Shown piece after piece: positions 9,612 through 17,477 of a stretch of 64,000 bases of DNA (position 1 is its first letter; each line of letters starts with the position of its first letter). The notes under the pieces are model-generated. The model did no database searches. It worked only from the letters and a program-made list of their open reading frames with translations, and was not told the DNA's origin. This stretch comes from an uncultured delta proteobacterium (GTDB lineage Bacteria > Desulfobacterota > Binatia > UBA9968), in NCBI GenBank assembly GCA_963804165.1, contig CAWDPO010000043.1:371750-435749 (forward strand), given 5' to 3'. A program made the position numbers and the translations under genes.

Positions 9612-9914
9612 TTAAACATCGGACGCTGCGTGCAAGCGGAGGCCGAGCACGCGCACAACCTTGAGTACCGTGGAGAACTCCGGGTTGCCGTCCGGTGATA
9701 GCGCTTTGTAAAGGCTCTCTCGGCCCAGACCCGTTTCGCGGGCAATCTGGCTCATACCCTTGGCACGCGCGATGTCGCCCAGTGCCGCGGCGATGAGTGC
9801 AGGGTCACCGTCTTCGAGAGCGGCTTCCAAGTACGCCGCCATGTCGCCTTCCGTGGTCAAATGCTCGGCTGGGTCCCACGGTCGAGTTTTTATCTTTGCA
9901 GTCTTCCTTTTCAT
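9612..9914 (-). CDS. Addiction-module antidote protein (HI1420-like HTH antitoxin), copy 1
   Basis: WDPAEHL...AAYLEAALE...ALGDIARAKGMSQIARETGLGRESLYKALSPDGNPEFSTVLKV. Confidence 0.92.
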   Translation of the reverse strand: MKRKTAKIKTRPWDPAEHLTTEGDMAAYLEAALEDGDPALIAAALGDIARAKGMSQIARETGLGRESLYKALSPDGNPEFSTVLKVVRVLGLRLHAASDV

Positions 9915-9922
9915 AACAACCT

Positions 9923-10161
9923 CTACTGTTCTCGTGCTAATTCCAAAGCTTTCTTTATGTCCCGATCCTGCGTTCGCTTGTCACCGCCGGCAAGCAAGAT
10001 GATCAGCATCGGACCGCGTTGCACAAAATAATTGGTCTTACATCCCCCGGATTACCAAGCGACAATCGATGGATACGCACATCGATTCGCGCCCGCGCTT
10101 TCCGATCACGCAAACTGTCGAACCAGTCGGCGTAAGTTTCGGTTTGGCGGATTTCGATCAC
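9923..10161 (-). pseudogene. Addiction-module killer protein (HI1419-like RelE/ParE toxin) with an internal deletion
   Basis: Manual translation gives MIEIRQTETYADWFDSLRDRKARARIDVRIHRLSLGNPGDVRPI / YFVQRGPMLIILLAGGDKRTQDRDIKKALELAREQ*; the usual central G..VSELRIDYGPGYRV segment is missing and the frame shifts. Confidence 0.85.
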
Positions 10162-10169
10162 TGAGGCAG

Positions 10170-10198
10170 AGTGTATTTTATAAGATACAATCAGTCAA
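10170..10198 (-). promoter_or_regulatory. Sigma70-type promoter and operator of the TA locus
   Basis: TTGACT-17 nt-TACACT, overlapped by the palindrome TGTAT-N8-ATACA (10172-10189); GTG start 8 nt downstream, so near-leaderless. Confidence 0.65.
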
Positions 10199-10258
10199 GC
10201 GCCGGCTAAATAGCCAACGGGGAGAAAACTTTTCCACAGTTAATTGAGGAAACTCGAT

Positions 10259-10493
10259 CTAGCGAAGCACTCTCCCGAGCACACGCATCATGTTGCCGCC
10301 GAGTATTTTACCCATGCTCTCTTCCGAGTAATTCCGTCCACTGAGCTCAGCCGCCAGATTTTCCCGGGCGAGTAGCTTGGCGCCGATGCCGTCGCGTCGG
10401 TAGATGCGATCCTCGCTCCAGTCGCGCTTCTCGAATTCGGCGGCGAACGACGGCAAGTACGGAGCGATGCGCTTGGTGTCTTTGTACGAGCGG
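10259..10493 (-). pseudogene. Dipeptidase 3'-end copy 2 (longest)
   Basis: RSYKDTKRIAPYLPSFAAEFEKRDWSEDRIYRR...GGNMMRVLGRVLR*; shares the downstream GATCGAGTTT flank with the main gene. Confidence 0.9.
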
Positions 10494-10500
10494 CGTCAGA

Positions 10501-10590
10501 TCAATGATGCGCAGGATCGAGAAACGGTGCTGTCCGATCGCTCACGTAGAAGATCACGACGCACAAGGGTTCGCTGCTGACGCCCACGCG
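10501..10590 (-). pseudogene. Possible cupin-protein C-terminal remnant
   Basis: Translates to SSEPLCVVIFYVSDRTAPFLDPAHH*, resembling cupin C-termini. Confidence 0.35.
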
Positions 10591-10616
10591 CACCGCCATG
10601 CCCACCAGTGCCCATG

Positions 10617-10961
10617 TTATGTCCTCTTGCGCCCGAGCTGATTTCGGCCGTTACGATCTGCATCGTCAACACGCCTCAGCGAGCAGACACCCTTATTGAT
10701 ACCCATCTCGATGATCGTTTTAACTTCGGCCGGCGAGTTTTTCGCGCAGTAATACCCGCTTAAAATTCTTCCGTCTTTGGCAATCATTCGTATTGGCATG
10801 CCGTCGTATCTCTCGGCGTAGACCCTGCACCTGGTAGCGTTGGGCAAGCCTTGCCGAGTTAAAATTTTGAGATTCTCACAGACTGCACCGGATTTACTGA
10901 AACAACAGGCGCCGCATCGATTACACTCGCCGGTTAACAGAGCAACGACGGGGTTAGGCAT
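10617..10961 (-). CDS. Small CxxCxxCC cysteine-cluster protein (YkgJ-like, putative Zn/Fe-S binding)
   Basis: ECNRCGACC...CENL...CRVYAERY...C motifs. Confidence 0.6.
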   Translation of the reverse strand: MPNPVVALLTGECNRCGACCFSKSGAVCENLKILTRQGLPNATRCRVYAERYDGMPIRMIAKDGRILSGYYCAKNSPAEVKTIIEMGINKGVCSLRRVDDADRNGRNQLGRKRT

Positions 10962-11003
10962 GAGTCTGGATTCTAAGATTGGTCACCTTCGGAAAGCACT
11001 TCC
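10950..11003 (-). repeat. Junction motif AGAATCCAGACTCATGCCTAACCCC with a degenerate dipeptidase stop region
   Basis: GGCATGAGTCTGGATTCTA is identical to 13891-13909; GGAAAGCACTT matches 9452-9462. Confidence 0.7.
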
Positions 11004-11077
11004 TAACGGGATGCCGTGGAATCGCGGCCTGCTCTTTCAGGACCTCTGCGGAGACGAGTCTGGTGAAACGGAAATTC

Positions 11078-12511
11078 TTACGGCGTGCCGACTTTTCGCC
11101 TGAGATATTGCCCCGGCGAGGCATCCGTGACCTTGGCGCGAGGAGCGCCCTCGGGCCATTCCATGACGATCTGGCCGCGGACGACGGTCATGACCGGCCA
11201 ACCCGTGACATCCCAGCCCTCGTAAACTGACCAAGGGGTTACAGTGTGTAGAAGCTCTTTGGTGATCGTTGCGCGCCGTTTTAGATCGACGACGATCAAA
11301 TCGGCGTCGGCGCCGGGAAGAATCGCGCCCTTTTTTGGATAAAGGCCGAAGATGCGCGCGGGGTTTTCACTTGCGACTTGGGCCAACCGTTGGATCGAGA
11401 TTCGTCCTTTGTTCACACCCTCGCTCAACATCATCGGCAGCATGCCTTCGACGCGCGATGGAAAACCGCTGATTGTGGTAAAGACGTTCCCCGTTTCCAT
11501 GGACTCGCGGGTTCTTGTATGCGCGACGTGATCGCTGCCGATGCAATCGATGGCGCCCGACGAAAGCGCATTCCATAGCGCTTCATGCGTGGAGCGGTCG
11601 CGCAGCGGCACGTTGATCTTCCAAGCATCTTTGTGCAGGACGAGATAGTGAGTGCCGATTTCGCTGTAGACCGTCAAGCCTTCGGCTTTGGCTTTCTCGA
11701 TTTCCGTAACGGTATCCGTCGTCGTGCAGTGCACTATGTAAATCGGACAGCGGGCGATGCGGGCGTAGTAAAGGTATGTTCGGGCGTGGCCGACCTCGGT
11801 GAAAGCCGGCGAGCGATCGTCCCACGCGCCCATATCGGTGCGGCCCGCCTCCATGAGCTGTTTCTGCAGCACTTGGGCGATTTCCCAGTTCTCGCAGTGA
11901 AGCAGCGCGATGGCGGGCGCGCCTAGCTTGGCGACTGCCTGGAAGACCGAGTAAATACTGCCGTCGTCGAAAAAGTAAGCCGGCCATGAAGACTTCCACG
12001 GACCTTGCATCTGCAAATGGAGCTTAAAGGAGCTGATGCCGTGCTCTCTCGCCAGATAAGGAATTTCCGTGACTTGCTCGTCAGTGCTGACGATCGGCGT
12101 GAGGAAAAAATCGATGGCCGCGGTTTTCGACGCCTTGTAGAAAATCGGCATCGCCGTGGTGAAATTTGGAATATCCGCCGGTCCCTTCACTTTCTCAGCG
12201 CCGCCGGTGATCGCGAGGCTGACAAGCTGCAAGCCCCATGTCGTCACACCGGCAGCCGCAGCCGCGCGCGTCTCACTTTGAAAATCGGCCGCCAGGTCCC
12301 GGTGGCCGCCCAGGTGGCATTCGGGATCGATGGCGCCGGGCAGAAGATGTTTGCCGGCTAAATCGATGACCCGCTCCGCTTCCGGCAAAAAGGCATCGCT
12401 GCCGACAGCGCCGATCTTGCCGTCGACGACGGCGAGCCCGCCTTCGATGACGCCGGACGGCGTTACGATCAAACCATTCTTGAAAACTATATCCGCGGTA
12501 TTTTTAGCCAT
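11078..12511 (-). CDS. Cyclic amidohydrolase (dihydroorotase/allantoinase/dihydropyrimidinase family)
   Basis: LLPGAID, SFKLH, LHCEN, IYIVH, GSDH, NPARIFGLYPKKGAI.PGADADL. Confidence 0.88.
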   Translation of the reverse strand: MAKNTADIVFKNGLIVTPSGVIEGGLAVVDGKIGAVGSDAFLPEAERVIDLAGKHLLPGAIDPECHLGGHRDLAADFQSETRAAAAAGVTTWGLQLVSLAITGGAEKVKGPADIPNFTTAMPIFYKASKTAAIDFFLTPIVSTDEQVTEIPYLAREHGISSFKLHLQMQGPWKSSWPAYFFDDGSIYSVFQAVAKLGAPAIALLHCENWEIAQVLQKQLMEAGRTDMGAWDDRSPAFTEVGHARTYLYYARIARCPIYIVHCTTTDTVTEIEKAKAEGLTVYSEIGTHYLVLHKDAWKINVPLRDRSTHEALWNALSSGAIDCIGSDHVAHTRTRESMETGNVFTTISGFPSRVEGMLPMMLSEGVNKGRISIQRLAQVASENPARIFGLYPKKGAILPGADADLIVVDLKRRATITKELLHTVTPWSVYEGWDVTGWPVMTVVRGQIVMEWPEGAPRAKVTDASPGQYLRRKVGTP

Positions 12512-12687
12512 GGTTCACTTCGAGAAGAATTCCTTTTCCGAATCAATGACCGATTTTGCCCAGCGCGAGACCAAGTCCTCGGCGAAGGAGCGTTCGTGAA
12601 TCCATTTCTGACTTGGACCCATGATCGCGATTGACGGTGTCGCCTAAGTTGTACGATAGCTCATCGTTCTTCACTTCTAAGTGTTCC

Positions 12688-13683
12688 TTACTTTCTTGCT
12701 TCCTGCAGATAGCTCATATCGATTACTGCGTCGACAGGTGGCGGCAGTTTTTGCAGACCGAACTCCTTCCAGCTCTCAGCGACGATCCGCGCGCCTTTGA
12801 TATCGACCGCGCCATCGCGCGGAATCGATTTTTTGGTTTTAATAAAGAGGTTATAGGTTTTCTCAGCATCGTCATGATCCGCCTTGGCCTTCTCGATCAA
12901 CGCCCGAATCACAGCGTCTTTATTTTTCGGCTCATAAAAGAACTCGCACGCGCGCGCAAAAGCGCGGAGAAATCGCACCGTCAAAGGCCTGTTTGCTTGC
13001 GCCCAGTCGCGGCGCATACCCGTAACGGTATACTGAAAATTGTCGACGTAATCCGAAGAGTAGCCGAGCAAACGCAGCCCCGAGGCGATGGCTTTGAAAT
13101 CCGATGGCTGATTGACCAAGGCCCCGGCGACTCCACCTTTTTCCACAGCCGCCAGGCGAGTTGGAGTTCCGCCGAGTCCGAGCATCTCATAGTCGGCAGG
13201 CGTCAGCCCGTTGGCTGCCAACATCCGCGCCATTATATAGTTGAGCGGATCGGTCGGGCCTGCAACAGCCAGTCGCTTCCCCTTCAAATCGGCATAGCTC
13301 CTGATCGAAGGATGTACGACCAACGCATAAATAGGCACCAGGGTATCGCCGGCCACCGCCACGAGATCGGCTCCTGCCAAGTTTGCGGAGAGTAACTGCA
13401 CCAAATTCATCTGCGCAAAATCCGTGGAGCCAGCGACCAGCGCCTGCGAGGTGGCGGTCGTGGTTCCGCCGAGGACGCGCTTCATCTCGATGCCTTCTTT
13501 TTGCAGCATACCTTCCTGCTCCGCGATCAAATAGGGCCAGTGTAGCGCGGATATCGTAATGGTACCGTAGTTGACTTGTGTGAGTTTTTGTTGGGCGGCA
13601 GCGGGGCTCACCGGCGTCATCAAAACAACCAGGACAAGCCAGGCGCTATGTATAAGAGCCATGCGCATAGGTTTCTTCCTCAT
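12688..13683 (-). CDS. NMT1/SsuA-like ABC substrate-binding protein
   Basis: Signal peptide, YADLKGKRLAV motif. Confidence 0.85.
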   Translation of the reverse strand: MRKKPMRMALIHSAWLVLVVLMTPVSPAAAQQKLTQVNYGTITISALHWPYLIAEQEGMLQKEGIEMKRVLGGTTTATSQALVAGSTDFAQMNLVQLLSANLAGADLVAVAGDTLVPIYALVVHPSIRSYADLKGKRLAVAGPTDPLNYIMARMLAANGLTPADYEMLGLGGTPTRLAAVEKGGVAGALVNQPSDFKAIASGLRLLGYSSDYVDNFQYTVTGMRRDWAQANRPLTVRFLRAFARACEFFYEPKNKDAVIRALIEKAKADHDDAEKTYNLFIKTKKSIPRDGAVDIKGARIVAESWKEFGLQKLPPPVDAVIDMSYLQEARK

Positions 13684-13883
13684 GTCGTGGCGAAATAGAT
13701 TTGACGGACAGACCTGCTAGAGTCGAGCCACTACGTACTATGAGCCCGAAAAAGTGTCAAATTAAAGTGAAGAAAATACGCGGTCGCGCATGGAAGGCTA
13801 AAGCATCTTTTTAGCGAAGATCGGAGAGAGGCTTGGATTTGGCTCAACGGTCCAAGGCCAGCGTCGAGTCTGCGAGGCCGGTC

Positions 13884-13908
13884 GGCGTCAGGCATGAGTC
13901 TGGATTCT
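13884..13908 (-). repeat. Junction motif AGAATCCAGACTCATGCCTGACGCC
   Basis: Follows dipeptidase tail copy 1, in the same position as at 9411. Confidence 0.75.
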
Positions 13909-13921
13909 AGGTTTGAACATC

Positions 13922-14090
13922 TTAGTAAACCACTTTCCTGAGCACCCGCATCATATTGCCGCCGAGTATTTTGCCGATGCTTTCTTCGCGAATAATTTCG
14001 TCCGGTGAGCTCGGCCGCGAGGTTTTTCCGGTCGAGTAACTTGGCGCCGATGCCGTCGCGCCGGTAGATGCGATCCGTTCCAGTCGCGCT
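13922..14090 (-). pseudogene. Dipeptidase 3'-end copy 1
   Basis: DRIYRRDGIGAKLLDRKNLAAELTGRNYS / EESIGKILGGNMMRVLRKVVY*, with small indels. Confidence 0.9.
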
Positions 14091-14111
14091 TCCCATGGAA
14101 CGAACCCGTGA

Positions 14112-14414
14112 TTAAGCATCGGCCACTGCGTGCAAGCGGAGGCCGAGCGCGCGCACGACTTTGAGCACCGTGGAGAACTCCGGGTTGCCGTCCGGTGATA
14201 GCGCTTTGTAAAGGCTCTGTCGGCCTAGACCCGTTTCGCGGGCAATCTGGCTCATACCCTTGGCACGCGCGATATCGCCCAATGCCGCGACGATGAGTGC
14301 CGGGTCGCCGTCTTCGAGCGCGGCTTCCAAGTACGCCGCCATGTCGCCTTCCGTGGTCAAATGCTCGGCTGGGTCCCACGGTCGAGTTTTTATCTTTGCG
14401 GTCTTCTTTCGCAT
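14112..14414 (-). CDS. Addiction-module antidote protein (HI1420-like), copy 2
   Basis: 100 aa, near-identical to 9612..9914. Confidence 0.92.
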   Translation of the reverse strand: MRKKTAKIKTRPWDPAEHLTTEGDMAAYLEAALEDGDPALIVAALGDIARAKGMSQIARETGLGRQSLYKALSPDGNPEFSTVLKVVRALGLRLHAVADA

Positions 14415-14423
14415 TACATATTT

Positions 14424-14651
14424 TCATGGAACCAAGAAGTCCAGCCAAGACCAGCGATGAGGTCGCCAGAGGCCGAAAAGAAAGCCGATGGCTGCTCCCA
14501 ACAAGCCACCGGGACGAACATTCTCTAATCCGAAATCTGAACCGACCACAAGCATAATGACATAGAAAGCGAGCATCCCCCCCAATCCGCCGACAATCAA
14601 ACCCACAAGCGCGGTCAGCAAACGATGAACAAAGGAGGGGAATGCGTTCAC
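14424..14651 (-). CDS. Small two-TM membrane protein in the toxin position
   Basis: 75-aa Gly-rich hydrophobic ORF with an AGGA RBS; ends 9 nt before the antitoxin. Confidence 0.6.
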   Translation of the reverse strand: MNAFPSFVHRLLTALVGLIVGGLGGMLAFYVIMLVVGSDFGLENVRPGGLLGAAIGFLFGLWRPHRWSWLDFLVP

Positions 14652-14791
14652 AACTATCCTTATTGGTGAACCGCCGTGATTGCCGGCAGCTAAATTTGAA
14701 ACTCATCAACCGCTACGAGCAAAATCAGGCGCACTATCAGTCCAGTCGCTGGTTATTGTCAATCGTCTCCTGAGCTGCTGGAAAACTCGAT

Positions 14792-15770
14792 CTAGTGAAC
14801 CACTTTCCTAAGCACCCGCATCATGTTGCCACCAAGGATTTTGCCGATGTTTTCAGCCGAATAGTTTCGTGCAGTGAGCTCGGCCTGCCAGGTTTTCACG
14901 AATCGAGTAGCTTGGCGCCGATGCCGTCGCGCCGGTAGATTCGATCCTCACTCCAGTCACGTTTTGAAACTCGGCGGCGAACGACGGCAAGTATGGCGCG
15001 ATGCGCTTGGTGTCCTTGTACGACCGGTGCCAATCGTCCTGGGCCGAGACGCCGACGTGATCGATGCCGGCGAGTTTGACGCAGTAGTCGATCCAATCGG
15101 CATACTCCGCGACGCTCGTGTTGGCGCGCACGTCCTGGCAAATCACTCCGCCTTTTTTTGCCGCCGCGACGATCAACGGATCGGGCGCGTTGCGCGGCCG
15201 GTTGAACAATGCCCGGCTGGTGGAATGACTGAAGATCACCGGCTGCTCGGAAAATTCGAGCGCTTCCATCGCCGTGCGGTCGCCGGAGTGCGACAAGTCG
15301 ATGACGATGCCAAGCTGGTTCATGCGCTTGATGGCTTTCTTGCCGAGGGAAGTCAGGCCGGTGTCGACTTCGGAGGCATAGCCGCAGCCGTAATAGCTGT
15401 TCTCGTTGAAAGCGAGGGCGAGACAGCGCAGGCCGAGATCGAAGAACGCATCCAACAAGCGCAGGCTATCGTCCAACGGTTTGGGATTTTGCAGCCCGAG
15501 CAGCACGCCGACTTTGCCTCGATTCTCTTCACGATCCAGATCGGCGGCGCTCCGCACAATGTAAGCATGCGGATGATCGCGCACGATCGATTTGACGGCC
15601 TCGAAGTTTTCGATGCTTTCGAGAGTATCGTCCCAGGTGAGATTGGCGGTGCAGCCGACGATGGCGACGCCTTGCTCGCGCAGTTGATCGAGAAACGACG
15701 GCGAGAGATCTTCCGGCCAGGGCGCGCCCAGGCAGTTGACGATGGTTTGCTGTGACGTAACTGTATTCAT
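14792..15770 (-). CDS. Membrane dipeptidase (peptidase M19) family protein; three indels in the 3' part (14885-14965)
   Basis: GLTSLGKKAIKRMNQLGIVIDLSH, IFSHS...RNAPD, GIDHVG, KILGGNMMRV; true stop inferred at 14792 from the duplicated tails. Confidence 0.85.
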
Positions 15771-15916
15771 ATCCCCTCCAGATTTCGAGCGAGCGTCCTT
15801 CCGACGCCTAAAGGAATTTCACACCGCTTGCAAGTTAGTAAAATCCTCCCTCGAAAATGGGTGAGCGTGAGACTCATAGAATAAAGAACCCGGAATACGT
15901 TAGTAACTGCAGCTTC

Positions 15917-15993
15917 CGTCATACCGCGAAAGCGGGTATCCAGGCTGATTGGGCGGAAAACCAACATGGATTCCGGCCTTCGCCGGTATGACA
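15917..15993. repeat. REP-like palindrome pair (GTCATACCG...CCGGTATGAC)
   Basis: CGTCATACCGCGAAAGCGGGTATCCA ... TGGATTCCGGCCTTCGCCGGTATGAC. Confidence 0.65.
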
Positions 15994-16095
15994 AAAGTCA
16001 CTTCCCCCAACGCGAGGGATTTCAACCGAAAGCCGCTAAGGCGACGCCTACTGAAAATAATAATTTCTTGCAAGCGTCAGATGCTGATTGATAGC

Positions 16096-16256
16096 AGATC
16101 CTTCACTTGGTGGGCTGTGCCAGAATGTCATTCTGAGTCGAAGCCGAAGAATCTGCTTTTTTCGGTAAGCGGTCGGAAAATCAGATGCTTCGCTTTGGCT
16201 CAGCATGACATCCAGGTGATTTGTCCTTACGACACCAATCTGTCGTTCAGGATGAC
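16096..16256. repeat. Nested REP-like cluster
   Basis: Inner pair TGTCATTCTGAG...CTCAGCATGACA (16126-16210) lies inside a split AGATCCTTCACT...CGTTCAGGATGAC unit. Confidence 0.55.
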
Positions 16257-16373
16257 GACTCGAATGAAGTGCTACTTTTTAGGACCCGGCGCGGATCCGC
16301 TAAATGAATCACGACCAGGGGTTCGAAGTCTCAGAGCAAATCTTTGACTTGGTTTGATCGCGTGTGATAACCC

Positions 16374-17455
16374 GTGGCCATGGCAAAATCATCTCTAAAA
16401 TTCACCGGCGAGGTCGGCATCCACTACCCGCTGCACGTTCTTAACCGCTATTCCCTTCCGGAGCTCATCGACCTGGCTGAGCGCGCGTTGAAGATTTTGG
16501 GGCCGTTCAATTTTACCCGGGTCTGGACCAACGACAATCTCGAGTATCGCAGCGTTTTGGCAAGCTCCGCGGCGATCTTGGCTCGTTTACCGGTGAAACT
16601 CGGCACGGCGGTCGCCGTCCCCTACTTTCGCAATCCGGTTGACGTCGCCATGGCCTTTGCCACCATGTCCGAGCTCGCGGGCGGGCGAGACATTTCTCTC
16701 GGCTTGGGTCCCGGTTCCAGATCGATTCTCACGCGGCACGTGGTGCGGACGAAACCCATGGCCATCATGGCCGAATTGGCCGTCGCGCTGCGCACGCTCT
16801 TCGCCGGCGAGACTCTGAATACCAGCGATATTCCGGTTTTGGCGGAATATTTTCACTTGAATGCGGAACATTATGCGTTGCGCTTCAAAACCCGGCGCCG
16901 ATCCATCTCTACTACGGCCCAAGCCTGCTCAAGCCCGCCGTGCTCGATTTGATCGCGCGCCACTTCGACGGCGTGGTGCTGCAAACTTTATACGGCATCG
17001 ACGATATGGAAGCTTCGCTCGCGCGTCTCGACTCAGCGCGCTTGCAGTCCGGCGTGGGGCAACCGCTGCGCAAAACGATGCTCGTCAACGCTTCCGTATC
17101 GCACGACAGCCATGCGGCAAAACAACACGCGAAACGGTTCGTGTCGCACATCGCTTCGGGTTGGCCGGACGACGTGCTCGCCGCGAAAGGTATCGATCCG
17201 AAAGCGATTCAAGCGGTCCGTCAAGCCTACGCCGAGAACCGGGGCGTGGATTACGCTTCCGCGCTGACACCCGACGAGGCGGTGGACCGGCTGATTATCT
17301 CAGGCACTCCGGAAGAATGTATCGGCCGGCTTCGGAACCTTTTTCAACTTGCTGCGCGCCATGGCTTCGGCGAGATCACTATCGGAGTTCCCCTCGGGCC
17401 CGACGTCCCCGAGGCCATAGATCTTTGGGGAAAAGAAATATTGCCGGCAATTTAG
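16374..17455 (+). CDS. LLM-class flavin/F420-dependent oxidoreductase (Mer-like); one indel near 16895
   Basis: KLGTAVAVPYFRNP, ELAGGRDISLGLGPG and ISGTPEECIGRL motifs across ORFs 16374..16952 and 16940..17455. Confidence 0.8.
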
Positions 17456-17477
17456 TTACCCGCGTCCCGCAAAGCCC

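Noticed and set aside
12515-12680. Small gene between the SBP and the amidohydrolase
   Set aside because: Only a 35-codon frame, possibly the remnant of a deleted gene; no assignable similarity.
4560-14420. Classical integron or prophage/ICE attachment array
   Set aside because: No tyrosine or serine integrase, no attC-like RYYYAAC...GTTRRRY palindromes at the junctions, and no tRNA target.
9449-15030. Dipeptidase tail repeats as a diversity-generating retroelement TR/VR set
   Set aside because: Differences are not adenine-specific and are mostly at third codon positions, and there is no reverse transcriptase in the window.
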